Below are positions 29,436-39,257 of a stretch of 64,000 nt of DNA, in pieces; the first letter of the stretch is position 1; each line of letters begins with the position of its first letter. Location: assembly GCA_041497675.1 (NCBI GenBank), contig JBGQGY010000001.1, positions 32,001 to 96,000 on the forward strand, given 5' to 3'. Source of the stretch: a bacterium (GTDB taxonomy: Bacteria; Sysuimicrobiota; Sysuimicrobiia; Sysuimicrobiales; Humicultoraceae). The notes beneath the pieces are model-generated. The model saw only the letters and a list, made by a program, of their open reading frames with translations, did no database searches and was not told the DNA's origin. The position numbers were made by a program, and so were the translations under genes.

Positions 29436-30416
29436 GTGCCGCGCGGATCGCTCATGGCAGCAGGGCTGGTGGCCGCCGCGACGCTGCTGGCCGTCAGCCT
29501 GGCGGCTCCATCCCCCCACGCCGCGGGTCAGAGCCCCCGTGGCATCTATCTGACCGATCCGGGCAACGGCCGGATCGTCCGGCTCGCCGATCTCACCGGT
29601 GCGGGCTGGACGACGCTCAGTATGCAGTCTGCGCCGCCCGGGACCGGCCGGCAGTTCGCGTTCCAGTCGGGTATTGTGGTCGACGGCTCGGGCCGGATTT
29701 ACTTCTCCGACGTTACCAACTCACGCATCGTACGGGTCGACAACATCACGGGCGCGGGCTGGGTCACGTTTGGAAGCCGAGGCACCGGGCGCAACCAGTT
29801 CGACCTGCCGGCGGGCATTTCCGTCGATGCCACCGGCCGAATCTACATCGCGGACGCCAGCAACTCGCGGATCGTGCGTATCAATGATATGACCGGCGCC
29901 GGGTGGACGGCGCTGGGAAGCCGGGGCGCGGGACCCTCACAGTTCAACTTCCCGCAAGGCATCGCCGTGGACGGCGCCGGCCGGATCTACGTCGCGGATG
30001 CCATCAACGACCGCATCGTTCGTATCAATGATATGACCGGCGCCGGCTGGACGACCTTTGGCACGCTGGGAAGCGGCGCGCGGCAGCTCGAATTTCCCGC
30101 GTCCGTGGCGGTCGATGCATCAGGCCGTGTGTACGCCACCGACTCGAGCAACGACCGCGTCGTGCGGATCAATGACATGACCGGCGCGGGCTGGGCGACC
30201 TTCGGCAAGATCGGAACCGGGCCGGGCGAGTTCTCGTTTCCAACGGGTCTGGCGTTAGACGCCCAGGGTCGGTTGTACGTGACCGACGAGGTTCATCGCC
30301 TCGTGCGGTTCAACGACATGACCGGCGCCGGTTGGACGGCGCTCGGCAGTATGGGGAGCGGCGTCAATCAGTTTTCCTTCCCATCAGGGGTGTGTGCGGA
30401 TCCGTCCGGCCGGTGA
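29436..30416 (+). CDS. Secreted NHL-repeat six-bladed beta-propeller protein
   Basis: Signal peptide; six ~48-aa repeats F-x-x-P-x-GIAVD-x-x-GRIY-x-AD-x-x-N-x-RIVRINDMTGAGW; start uncertain (29436 or 29454). Confidence 0.85.
   Translation: MPRGSLMAAGLVAAATLLAVSLAAPSPHAAGQSPRGIYLTDPGNGRIVRLADLTGAGWTTLSMQSAPPGTGRQFAFQSGIVVDGSGRIYFSDVTNSRIVRVDNITGAGWVTFGSRGTGRNQFDLPAGISVDATGRIYIADASNSRIVRINDMTGAGWTALGSRGAGPSQFNFPQGIAVDGAGRIYVADAINDRIVRINDMTGAGWTTFGTLGSGARQLEFPASVAVDASGRVYATDSSNDRVVRINDMTGAGWATFGKIGTGPGEFSFPTGLALDAQGRLYVTDEVHRLVRFNDMTGAGWTALGSMGSGVNQFSFPSGVCADPSGR
29540..30400 (+). repeat. Intragenic tandem repeat, ~144-bp period, 6 copies
   Basis: ATCAATGATATGACCGGCGCCGG occurs at 29880 and 30024 (144 bp apart); degenerate copies in the other blades. 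Confidence 0.85.
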
Positions 30417-31145
30417 TCAGCGGAAGCCTGGAAGGGCGCGAAGAAGACCGGAGATCAATGCTGCGGTCGCGTCGAGGATCGGTTCCTGACGCGCGGCGCG
30501 CGGCAACTCGAAGTGCAACGCCCGCTCAATCATCTCGGTCGAGAAGATCCCAAGAGTCTTGGTGCATGTGGCCGTGAAGAACAGCTGATCGGCGGGTTCA
30601 ATCCGGAGGTCGAGCGCGGGGAACGACGGTGAGCGGCGGCGGACTGCGGCGAGGAGAAGTGGATAGGCCTCTTTCAGTGCCCACGCGTCGTTGGCACCCG
30701 TGCCCTTGGCGGCGACCTCAATGTCCTGCGCCGTGCGCGGTTCGGCGTTGCCGTGGATCTCGACGTAGAGGGGCAGGCGGGCGGTGCCCGCCGCCACCCG
30801 GACCAAGCGCACATAGGTCTCGTAGGCACTTCGTGCCCGCTCGGTCAGGGGTTCGTTGGGACACATGCGCCCCGCCCCCTCGGTTGGCCGGTTGACGTTG
30901 ATGCGAAGGCCGGGCGCGGTGCCACGGAAGACGATGTAGCCGGCATGAATCTGCGCCGCGGTGCTGATGGCGATCGGTGGCGTATTGATGTCATAGGTGC
31001 CGTGTGGCGCAGCGATCACGACGCCGGTGGCCGATACCAGGTATTCGAACACCCCATCTGCGGTCCGCACGACCTCCTGCGCGTGCGCCGGCGCCGGGGC
31101 CAGTGTCAGCACCAGCAGCAACGTCAAGACGCGCGTGGGGATCAT
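30417..31145 (-). CDS. Secreted hypothetical protein, possible Zn-hydrolase (N-formylglutamate amidohydrolase/PGA-hydrolase-like fold)
   Basis: Signal peptide (…APAHA-QE); motifs IAAPHG, VNRPTE, VEIHG, HFELP. Confidence 0.6.
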   Translation of the reverse strand: MIPTRVLTLLLVLTLAPAPAHAQEVVRTADGVFEYLVSATGVVIAAPHGTYDINTPPIAISTAAQIHAGYIVFRGTAPGLRINVNRPTEGAGRMCPNEPLTERARSAYETYVRLVRVAAGTARLPLYVEIHGNAEPRTAQDIEVAAKGTGANDAWALKEAYPLLLAAVRRRSPSFPALDLRIEPADQLFFTATCTKTLGIFSTEMIERALHFELPRAARQEPILDATAALISGLLRALPGFR

Positions 31146-31206
31146 CGCACACGGCCATTCGGGTTGCGTCGTGGAAGCCCCTTCGGGTCCCGAGAGGCGG
31201 CCGCGG

Positions 31207-31235
31207 TTGACACACGAGTGGTTCGTCTCTACGAT
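31207..31235 (+). promoter_or_regulatory. Sigma70 promoter of the thrS leader
   Basis: TTGACA-N17-TACGAT. Confidence 0.85.
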
Positions 31236-31242
31236 GGGTCGA

Positions 31243-31530
31243 GAGTTGCGTGGACGAGGACGAGTACGTCGTACGCCGACCAACCCTGATCGCCGGGGCG
31301 TGAGAGAGGCAGGGCCGATGGCTGAGAGCCCTGCCGGTCGGAACGGCGGAATACCCCCTCTGAGCAGCGCCGAACGGTCGTCGCCGACAACGATGACGCG
31401 GTAAGGCGCCGGGTGCGCCCGAGATCGCGCGGATAAGTGTCCGGCGCGCGCCGTGCACGAAGCGCGACCGGAAACGAGGGTGGAACCGCGGATGCCCGTC
31501 CCTTGAAGGGGCGGGCTGATGTGTTTTCTA
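31243..31530 (+). ncRNA. T-box riboswitch (Thr specifier) upstream of thrS
   Basis: AGTA, AGAGAG and GCTGAGAG stem-I motifs, specifier GAAT-ACC (31353-31355, Thr), T-box AACGAGGGTGGAACCGCG (~31473-31490), terminator hairpin GCCCGTCCCT-tga-AGGGGCGGGC. Confidence 0.93.
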
Positions 31531-31542
31531 GAGGAGGACAGG

Positions 31543-33462
31543 ATGGCGGAGATCAGCGTTCAACTGCCCGACGGGTCGCACCAGCAGGTGCCGGCCGGGA
31601 GCCCGGCGTCGGCGCTCGCCGAACGCCTCGGTCTGCGCGGCGTCGTGGCCGCCGTTGTGAACGGCCGGCCGCGCGATCTCGCGGCGCCGCTCGAACCCGA
31701 CGCGCGCGTCGAGTTTGTGACGTTTGAGGACCCGGCGGGTCGTGAAGTCTACTGGCATTCCACGGCGCACGTGATGGCGCAGGCCGTCAAGCAGCTCTTC
31801 CCGGAGGCGAGACTCGCGATCGGGCCGCCGATCGACGACGGATTCTACTACGATTTTGATATCGGTCGGCCGTTCAGCCCCGATGACTTGGAACGCATCG
31901 AGACACGCATGCGAGAGCTCGCCGTGGCCGACCAGCGCATCGAACGCACCGAGATCCCGCGCGACGACGCGCGCCGCGAGTTCGAGTCCCGGGGCGAGGT
32001 CTACAAGCTCGAACTGCTCCGCGATATTCCCGACGCCCGGCTGTCGTTCTATCGTCAGGACGGGTTTCAGGATATGTGCCGAGGGCCGCACCTGCCGCGC
32101 ACAGGTCTGATCAAGGCGATCAAACTCCTGTCGACGTCGGGCGCATACTGGCGGGGCGACGAGCACCAGCCGATGCTGCAACGCATCTACGGCGTCTCCT
32201 ATCCTGCGCAGGACCAACTTGACGCGCACCTGCACCGGCTCGAAGAGGCGCGGCGGCGCGATCACCGACGCATCGGGCGCGAGCTCGGTCTGTTTCAGAT
32301 CCTGCCCGAAGTTGGTCCAGGTCTGCCGTTGTGGCTGCCAAAGGGCGCCACGGTACGGCGGATCATCGAACGATACATCGTCGACCTGGAGATCGCCTCG
32401 GGGTACGAGCACGTGTACAGTCAGGAGATCGCGTCCTCGCAGCTGTACAAACTCTCAGGGCATTGGGACCACTATCGCGAGAACATGTACCCGCCGATGC
32501 AGATCGACAACGAAGAACTCGTGTTGCGGCCGATGAACTGTCCGCATCACATCATGATGTACAAGCATGCTCAGCACTCGTATCGTGACCTGCCCGTCCG
32601 TATCGCCGAATTGGGCAAGGTCTACCGGTACGAGCGGTCGGGCGTGCTGACGGGGCTGTCGCGGGTGCGCGGGATGACGATGAACGACGCGCACATCTTC
32701 ATGCGCCCCGATCAGATCAAAGACGAGATCATGGGCGTCATGCGGCTGATCCGGCAGGTCTACGCGGACTTCAAGATCGAGTCTGAGTGGTATCGGTTGT
32801 CGCTGCGGGACCCGACCGACAAGGAACACTTCATCGACAACGATGTGTTGTGGAATCTGGCGGAGGGGATGCTGCGCGACGCGCTGACGGAGATGGCTAC
32901 TCCGTTCAGGGAGGCGGTCGGCGAGGCCACGTTCTACGGACCCAAGATCGATGTGCAGGTCCCGACGGCCTTGGGCAAAGATGAGACGCTCTCGACGATC
33001 CAGCTCGACTTCTTGCTGCCGGAGCGGTTCGGTCTCGAGTACATCGGCGAGGACGGCGCCGCACACCGGCCGGTCATGATCCACCGGGCGGTGACGAGCA
33101 CGATGGAGCGCTGGGTGGCGCTGCTGATCGAGCAGTACGAGGGGCGGTTCCCGCTGTGGTTGGCTCCCGAGCAGGTCCGGGTCCTGCCGATCGCCGATCG
33201 TCACGCGGACTACGCGGCGCAGGTCAAGGGCCGGCTGACCGCTGCCGCGCTGCGGGCGGCGGTGGACGGCTCGAACCAGCGGATTTCCTATAAGATCCGC
33301 CAGGCGCAGGTCGAGCAAGTCCCGTACATGGCCGTGGTCGGGGATAAGGAAGCGGCGGCCGGCTCGGTCGCGGTGCGCAGCCGCTCGGCCGGCGACCTGG
33401 GACCGGTGTCACTGGAACAGTTCGTCGAACAGTTGTCGCAGGAAGTCGCCTCGAAAGCGTAG
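31543..33462 (+). CDS. thrS: Threonine--tRNA ligase
   Basis: TGS domain, HSTAHVMAQAV, DMCRGPH, GAYWRGD, RDHR, LRPMNCPHH, YRYERSG, FYGPKID, MIHRA; GAGGAGG RBS. Confidence 0.97.
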   Translation: MAEISVQLPDGSHQQVPAGSPASALAERLGLRGVVAAVVNGRPRDLAAPLEPDARVEFVTFEDPAGREVYWHSTAHVMAQAVKQLFPEARLAIGPPIDDGFYYDFDIGRPFSPDDLERIETRMRELAVADQRIERTEIPRDDARREFESRGEVYKLELLRDIPDARLSFYRQDGFQDMCRGPHLPRTGLIKAIKLLSTSGAYWRGDEHQPMLQRIYGVSYPAQDQLDAHLHRLEEARRRDHRRIGRELGLFQILPEVGPGLPLWLPKGATVRRIIERYIVDLEIASGYEHVYSQEIASSQLYKLSGHWDHYRENMYPPMQIDNEELVLRPMNCPHHIMMYKHAQHSYRDLPVRIAELGKVYRYERSGVLTGLSRVRGMTMNDAHIFMRPDQIKDEIMGVMRLIRQVYADFKIESEWYRLSLRDPTDKEHFIDNDVLWNLAEGMLRDALTEMATPFREAVGEATFYGPKIDVQVPTALGKDETLSTIQLDFLLPERFGLEYIGEDGAAHRPVMIHRAVTSTMERWVALLIEQYEGRFPLWLAPEQVRVLPIADRHADYAAQVKGRLTAAALRAAVDGSNQRISYKIRQAQVEQVPYMAVVGDKEAAAGSVAVRSRSAGDLGPVSLEQFVEQLSQEVASKA

Positions 33463-33478
33463 GTCCTCGCGCGAACAA

Positions 33479-33516
33479 CGGGCGGGGATGCCGTCGCTGG
33501 CGGCGTTCCCCGCTCG
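33479..33516 (+). terminator. GC-rich stem-loop after thrS (possible terminator, no U-tract)
   Basis: cgggcggggatgccgtc-gct-ggcggcgttccccgctcg. Confidence 0.45.
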
Positions 33517-33565
33517 AGTGACTTGACCCCCTACAACGCCGCCGTAGTGCGCCGATCTTTGAGGT

Positions 33566-36034
33566 GTGAGAGAGAAGCTGCGCGCGGGTGCATTCGTGAA
33601 CCACAAGAGTTCGGGTTACGTGGCACCGGCCGTCTGGCTCGCCGTGGCGTTCGCTGGCGGGATCGTCCTCACCGAAAACGCTCCTGACGTTTCGGGCTGG
33701 GTCTGGCCGGCGGTCGTCGGTGCGGGTCTGCTCGGCTGTTCCGGCCTGATGGTGCGAACGCGTCCTCTGGCGTTGCTTGTGGCCGTTGTGGCCTTTGGTC
33801 TCCTAGGGATGGCCGACGCGGGATTCCACGTCGCGTCCCAGCCCACGTGGCCGCCTGCCGCCGACGGGCAGATCCTTACCGCCGCCGGCGTCGTGCGGTC
33901 TCCACCCGAACCGGCCGGGTCGGGCTGGCGCGCGGTGGTTGACCTGACCGCCATCGAGTCGGCGGCGCCGGACGCCGGCGGCGTCCGTGGATCGGTGCGG
34001 GTCGCCGGTCGCGGCGATCCGCCGCGCATCGACGTGGGGGATCGCGTGCGGCTCCGCGGTTGGTTCCGGGAGGGCCGGCCGCCGGGGAACCCCGGTGAAC
34101 GCTCGGAGCGCGATGCCCTGAGGCGGCGCGGACTCTCGGGGACGATCAGCATGGGCGGCGGGTCCGTCGAGGTCATCGGGCGCGGCTCGTGGTCGGTCCA
34201 GCGCGCGATCGCCGCGATCAGACGCCGGATCGTGGACGCCGTCATGCGCGCCCTGCCCCCGCCGGACAACGGGTTGCTGCTCAGCCTGCTGCTGGGTATC
34301 GACGGCTTCATCGCGCCCGACCTCTACCGCGAGTTCGCTCGCGCCGGGCTCGTCCACCTCATGGTGGTGTCGGGCGCGCAGGTAGCCATTGTGGCCGGCG
34401 CCGTCGCGGCCGCGGCACGGATGGGCCGGCTCTCCCGTGGAGCCTCCGCCGCGATCACCGGCGCCGGGATCGCCACGTTTGCGGTGATGGTTGGGTGGGC
34501 GCCATCCATCGGGCGCGCGGTGGTGATGGGCGCGATCGGTCTCGCCGGCGTCGTGCTTGGGCGGCCTCGTGATCGCGGCGCCACGATCGCGGCCGGCGCG
34601 TTAGTGCTGTTGGCGTTGAACCCACCCGTGCTCTTCGACATCGGGTTTCAACTTTCGTTCGCCGCGACCTGGGGGCTGTTGTTCGCCGCCCCGGCTCTGC
34701 GCCGGCAGATCGGGGCCTGGACGGCGCCTCTTGGCCGTGTCGGCCGGCACCTGGCCGACGCCGTAAGCGTGACCCTGGGTGCGCACCTGGCCGTCACACC
34801 CCTGCTGGCCGCGCACTTCCAGACGCTCCCGCTGGCGGGGCTCGTCGCCAACGTGCTGGCCGTGCCGCTGATCGCGGTCCTCGTGCCGGCGGGGTTTGTC
34901 CTGCTCCCGCCGGTCGTGGCTGTGGATACTGCCGGGCCGTGGCTGCTCAGTTTGCTGCGGCCGGCGCTCGCGGCCCTCTTGTGGATCACCCACGTGTTCG
35001 CGCGGTCCTCGTGGGCAGCCCTGGTCACGCCACCGGTGCCCCCCGTGATTGTCGCGGCCTGGTACGCGCTCCTGGGCGGCGGCATCGCGGTGGCCTCCGG
35101 CGGGTGGAACCTGCCGCGATGGCGGCGGACACTAGCGGCAACGGCGGGGATCGTCGTGTTCTCCGCGTGGCATCTCGGCGCGATCCATCCGCCGCCGGTG
35201 GTGATCGTCACCGCGCTCGACGTGGGTCAAGGCGACGCCATCCTCATTCAGACCCCGGGGGGCCGGACGGTCTTGATCGACGGAGGAGGTGAACCCGGCG
35301 CTGCCCGAAGCGGGTGGGACATTGGGCAGATGCGCGTCGTGCCGGCGCTGCGCCGCGCGGGGGTGCGGCGGCTGGACATCGTCCTCCTGTCGCATCCCCA
35401 CGAGGACCACGTTGGAGGACTGCCTGCGGTGATGGAGAACTTCTCGGTCGGACTCGTGCTGGATCCCGGCGTCCCGCATCCATCACCGTCGTACCTGCGC
35501 CTGCTCCGCATGACCGAAGCCGGGCGGATTGCCTACCGGAAGGCCAGGGAAGGACAACGCATCGACCTGGGCGCCGGGACATGGCTGTCGATCCTGTACC
35601 CTCCAGAATTCCCTCCAACGCTGGACGGTGATCCCGTCCACGCGCGATCGGTCATGGCCCGGTTGACCTACGGGCGCACGGCGGTGCTGTTTGCGGGCGA
35701 CATCGAGGGACCGGTCGAGCGATACCTGGTCGATCGAGGCGTCCTGCAGCAGAGTCAGGTCTTGAAAGTGGGACACCACGGCAGCAAGACGTCGACCACC
35801 CCGCTGTTGCTCGCGCACGTACGGCCGCAGATCGCGGTCATCTCCGTCGGCGCCGGCAACAGTTTCGGACACCCCCACCAGTGGACGCTCGATGCGCTGG
35901 AGGCGATCGGGGCCGTCGTCTATCGCACCGATCACGACGGCGCGGTTCGGGTCACGAGCGACGGATCGACGGTTCGGGTGGAGACCACCCGCGCGACTGA
36001 GCAGCGAGGCGCCGGTCGTGCGCGGTTTCGTTGA
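33566..36034 (+). CDS. comEC: DNA internalization competence protein ComEC/Rec2
   Basis: OB/DUF4131, AGLVHLMVVSGAQV, GFQLSFAAT, LDVGQGDAILI, SHPHEDHVGG, LKVGHHGS, GNSFGHPH; exact start uncertain. Confidence 0.93.
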   Translation: MREKLRAGAFVNHKSSGYVAPAVWLAVAFAGGIVLTENAPDVSGWVWPAVVGAGLLGCSGLMVRTRPLALLVAVVAFGLLGMADAGFHVASQPTWPPAADGQILTAAGVVRSPPEPAGSGWRAVVDLTAIESAAPDAGGVRGSVRVAGRGDPPRIDVGDRVRLRGWFREGRPPGNPGERSERDALRRRGLSGTISMGGGSVEVIGRGSWSVQRAIAAIRRRIVDAVMRALPPPDNGLLLSLLLGIDGFIAPDLYREFARAGLVHLMVVSGAQVAIVAGAVAAAARMGRLSRGASAAITGAGIATFAVMVGWAPSIGRAVVMGAIGLAGVVLGRPRDRGATIAAGALVLLALNPPVLFDIGFQLSFAATWGLLFAAPALRRQIGAWTAPLGRVGRHLADAVSVTLGAHLAVTPLLAAHFQTLPLAGLVANVLAVPLIAVLVPAGFVLLPPVVAVDTAGPWLLSLLRPALAALLWITHVFARSSWAALVTPPVPPVIVAAWYALLGGGIAVASGGWNLPRWRRTLAATAGIVVFSAWHLGAIHPPPVVIVTALDVGQGDAILIQTPGGRTVLIDGGGEPGAARSGWDIGQMRVVPALRRAGVRRLDIVLLSHPHEDHVGGLPAVMENFSVGLVLDPGVPHPSPSYLRLLRMTEAGRIAYRKAREGQRIDLGAGTWLSILYPPEFPPTLDGDPVHARSVMARLTYGRTAVLFAGDIEGPVERYLVDRGVLQQSQVLKVGHHGSKTSTTPLLLAHVRPQIAVISVGAGNSFGHPHQWTLDALEAIGAVVYRTDHDGAVRVTSDGSTVRVETTRATEQRGAGRARFR

Positions 36035-36233
36035 CCGCATCGCCGACGGTGTCGCGGTCGTCCTGCTCGAGGGCGGCGGGCGTGCATATCTTCCGGCCGG
36101 TCATCTACCGCGTGAGACCCAGGCCGGCAGCCTCATTGAGGTGACCATTTCGGCATTGGGGCCGATGCCGGCCGGCGAGGTCGCAGACTTGATCGAGCGT
36201 CTGCAGTCAGGCGAGCACCACCACCATGGGTAA
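36018..36233 (+). CDS. DUF3006 family small protein
   Basis: VDRIADGVAVVLLE…LP…G motif; typical position after comEC. Confidence 0.7.
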   Translation: MRGFVDRIADGVAVVLLEGGGRAYLPAGHLPRETQAGSLIEVTISALGPMPAGEVADLIERLQSGEHHHHG

Positions 36234-37212
36234 CCGTCCGACGCTGATCATCGGTGAAGAAGACTTCCTGGCGGAAGAGGCGCTGGGCCGTCTGATCGGT
36301 CAGACGCTGCCCGACGAAGATCGCAGTCTCAACCTCGACGTGCTCGACGGCAGCACGCCAATCGGCGAGATCCTCACGCGGCTCGATACCGCACCGTTTT
36401 TTGGTCCTGCGCGCGTCGTCGTGGTCCGCAGGCTCGAAGCCATGCGTGAAGCCGACCACGACGCGCTGGTCGCCTATCTGGACCGAGGTGACGCCCCGAC
36501 GGTCGCGCTATTTGTGGCGCGAGAGCTCGATCGTCGGCGGCGATTGTTTCTCACGTTTCGCAAGGCGGCCACGATCGTCGAGTGCCGGCCGTTGCCGCCG
36601 CGCGATCTCCCGTCGTGGGTCGCAGGCCGGTTCAAAGTGGTGGGCAAGCGCACCGCGCCGGGTGCCGCGGAGAGTCTGACGGCTCTCTCCGGCGGGAATC
36701 TGCGCGATCTCGATCACGAGGTCGCGAAGGTCGCGACCTACGTTGGTGACCGACCGGTGGTGACGATTGCCGACGTCGAGGCGATTGCCACGAGGCTTGG
36801 GGAGGCGTCCATCTTTACGCTCGTTGACGCAGTGGGCGGTCGCGACGCGGCGATGGCGCTCGTGGCGCTGAACGACATCCTCTCGACGCATGAACCGTTG
36901 CAGGTGCTGTTCATGATCGCGCGGCAATTTCGCCTGATCCTGCGCGCGCAGCAGTTGGGTGCCAAGGGCGTGCCCGCGTCGACGCTATCTGAGCAGTTGT
37001 CGATTCACCCGTTTGTCGCCAGAAAGATCAGCGAGCAGGCACGTGGGTATCGGGACCCGCAATTCCCGGGGATCTTTGTCGCCCTGGAGGGTGCCGACCG
37101 CGCCATTAAGACGGGCAGCAAGCCACGGCTGGTGCTGGAGATCTTGATTGTGCGGCTGTGTGACGCGGAGCGCGCCGGTGATCGACGCCCGCCCGCGGCC
37201 TGGGTAGGCTAG
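36226..37212 (+). CDS. holA: DNA polymerase III subunit delta
   Basis: GEEDFL, LNLDVLDG, TAPFFG, EVAKVATY, IFTLVDAV, IARQFR, HPFVARK, DRAIKTG. Confidence 0.92.
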   Translation: MGNRPTLIIGEEDFLAEEALGRLIGQTLPDEDRSLNLDVLDGSTPIGEILTRLDTAPFFGPARVVVVRRLEAMREADHDALVAYLDRGDAPTVALFVARELDRRRRLFLTFRKAATIVECRPLPPRDLPSWVAGRFKVVGKRTAPGAAESLTALSGGNLRDLDHEVAKVATYVGDRPVVTIADVEAIATRLGEASIFTLVDAVGGRDAAMALVALNDILSTHEPLQVLFMIARQFRLILRAQQLGAKGVPASTLSEQLSIHPFVARKISEQARGYRDPQFPGIFVALEGADRAIKTGSKPRLVLEILIVRLCDAERAGDRRPPAAWVG

Positions 37213-37451
37213 CCTTGGGCGGCCTTCAGGCGGCGCATGAGCCGGGACTTCCGGCGCGCCGCGGTGTTCGGATGGATAATACCGTGCGCGGCTGCCTTGT
37301 CGATCGCCGCTTGCGCTTCGGGCACCTGTTCCGCTTTTGTGTGCCCGGTCCGCAGCAGCGTTTTGATCCGCGACCTGACCCCGGCGTTCGCCTCGCGGCG
37401 CCTGGCCGACGTGCGCAGGTGTTTGAGTCCCGACTTGGTGCGTTTTGCCAC
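37209..37451 (-). CDS. rpsT: 30S ribosomal protein S20
   Basis: AKRTKSGLK…RSRIKT…IDKAA-GIIHPNTAARRKSRL; GGAGG RBS before GTG. Confidence 0.93.
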   Translation of the reverse strand: MAKRTKSGLKHLRTSARRREANAGVRSRIKTLLRTGHTKAEQVPEAQAAIDKAAAHGIIHPNTAARRKSRLMRRLKAAQG

Positions 37452-37549
37452 GATGGAACCTCCCGCAGCCGCGCTCGTGACGCGGCGATCCCGCGGCATT
37501 CTAGCATGTCACCCCGGCAGGGACAAGCGCTGATCGGACTCCGGCACCC

Positions 37550-39112
37550 ATGACGGGCACCGTGCGTCTGGCTCGCGCCGCGACGCTGCTGGCCGCCGCG
37601 ACGGTCGCGAGCCGCGCGCTGGGACTCGTGCGGGAGGTGGTGGTAGCGGCCCTCTTCGGCGCATCGGACGCCAAGGCCGCCTACGTCATTGGGTACTACG
37701 TCCCATTCTTCGTGCAGAGGCTCCTGATCGGCGGCACGCTCAGCATCGTGCTGATTCCGACGCTGGCCGATGTCATCGCGCGTCGCGACGAGGAAGAGTT
37801 AGGCCGCGTCACGTCCTACCTGTTTACCGCGGTCGTCCTCCTGGGCGTGGTGATGGTGGCCGTGGGGGAGCTGGTCGCGCCGTGGCTCATCCAGCTGGCG
37901 GCGCCGGGTTTTGCGGCGCGTCCCGGACAGTTCGAGCTGACCACCTCGCTCACACGGATCAACTTCCTGGCGATGTTCTTTCTGGCGCTCGCCATTTTTG
38001 CGACCGCCTACCTGCAGGCCCTGCAGCGGTTTGTGGCTCCCGCGATCGCGCCGCTCGTGTTCAACGTGGTGACGATCGCCGGCACGGTGTGGTTGGGGCC
38101 TCGTTTGGGGATCGTCGGGCTGGCGGTCGCCTGGGTGGCGGGAGCGGCGGCGCAGTTCCTGGCGCAGGCCCCCGCGCTGTATCGTCAAGGTTTTCGGTTT
38201 CATCTGGCGCTTGCCTGGAATCACCCGGCCATCAGGACGGTGGGCCGTCTTGCGTTGCCCGCGATGTTCGGCCTCGCCATCGTAGAGATCAACGCCTACG
38301 TCGACAGGCTGTTCGCGTCGTTGCTGTCCCCGACACCCGGTGTCAACGCCGTCGCGGCGCTCGACTACGCATTCGAAGTCGTGCAGGCGCCCGTGGGCAT
38401 CCTGGCGATCTCAGTCGCCACTGTGCTTTTCCCCGGGATGAGCCAGATCGCCGCCGCAGGGGATCGCGTGAAGCTCAGACAGACCACGTCGCTGGGGCTG
38501 CGTAGCCTGCTGTTGGTGGTGGTGCCCGTGTCCGCCGCGTTGGTCGGTTTCGCGCGGCCGCTCGTGGAGCTCGTCTTCCAGCGAGGGGAGTTCGGGCCCG
38601 CGGCGACAACAACGGTGGCCGACTGTCTGGCCGCGTTTGCCGTCGGGCTGGTGCCCATGGCCATCTACTACGTGATCACGCGAACGTTCTACGCCATGCA
38701 GGACATGCGCACGCCGGTGACCATTGGCGCGGCGATGATCGCGCTCAACGCTATCCTCGACTACGTCTTGATGCAGGTGATGGGCGTGGCCGGCGTCGCG
38801 CTGGCCACGGCCCTGGTGACGTTTGTCAACGTGGGTCTGCTGATCGCCGCGCTGCAGCGGCGCGTCGGAGGGCTGGAAGGCCGGCGGATCGCCTCCACCG
38901 CGGCGCGCGTGATCCTCGCGACCGGGGTGGCGTTTGGGGCCGCGGTCCTCGTCTTGCGGGTCGTGCAGGCGGGGCCCGCGTCAACGATGCTCGACCGGCT
39001 GCTCGTCCTCGGCACCGGAATGGGGACGGCCGCCATCACCTATCTGGCGGCGTGTGTCCTGCTGCGGGTGGAGGAATTGAGCCTCTTGAAAGACCTGATC
39101 CGCCGGCGCTGA
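37550..39112 (+). CDS. murJ: Lipid II flippase MurJ (MviN)
   Basis: SRALGLVRE…FGA, DRLFAS, TVLFP-MS, FQRGEF, RTFYAMQDMRTP. Confidence 0.92.
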   Translation: MTGTVRLARAATLLAAATVASRALGLVREVVVAALFGASDAKAAYVIGYYVPFFVQRLLIGGTLSIVLIPTLADVIARRDEEELGRVTSYLFTAVVLLGVVMVAVGELVAPWLIQLAAPGFAARPGQFELTTSLTRINFLAMFFLALAIFATAYLQALQRFVAPAIAPLVFNVVTIAGTVWLGPRLGIVGLAVAWVAGAAAQFLAQAPALYRQGFRFHLALAWNHPAIRTVGRLALPAMFGLAIVEINAYVDRLFASLLSPTPGVNAVAALDYAFEVVQAPVGILAISVATVLFPGMSQIAAAGDRVKLRQTTSLGLRSLLLVVVPVSAALVGFARPLVELVFQRGEFGPAATTTVADCLAAFAVGLVPMAIYYVITRTFYAMQDMRTPVTIGAAMIALNAILDYVLMQVMGVAGVALATALVTFVNVGLLIAALQRRVGGLEGRRIASTAARVILATGVAFGAAVLVLRVVQAGPASTMLDRLLVLGTGMGTAAITYLAACVLLRVEELSLLKDLIRRR

Positions 39113-39174
39113 CTATCGGGAGTCTGCGCGGCGGCCGGAGCGTGGGCCCTGTGGATCGGTCGCGGACAGTTTTC

Positions 39175-39204
39175 TTGACACCCGAAAATCGCCGGTGATA
39201 CGCT
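39175..39204 (+). promoter_or_regulatory. Sigma70 promoter of the hrcA operon
   Basis: TTGACA-N18-TACGCT with TGn extension. Confidence 0.7.
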
Positions 39205-39211
39205 TTGAGCG

Positions 39212-39238
39212 TTAGCACTCTCGAGCGGAGAGTGCCAA
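39212..39238 (+). promoter_or_regulatory. CIRCE element (HrcA operator)
   Basis: TTAGCACTC-N9-GAGTGCCAA, one mismatch to the consensus, directly before hrcA. Confidence 0.95.
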
Positions 39239-39257
39239 CCGTAGGGGGCAAACGGGA

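Noticed and set aside
29540..30400. CRISPR-like regularly spaced repeats
   Set aside because: The 144-bp period is in frame and degenerate at codon third positions: these are protein NHL repeats, with no cas genes
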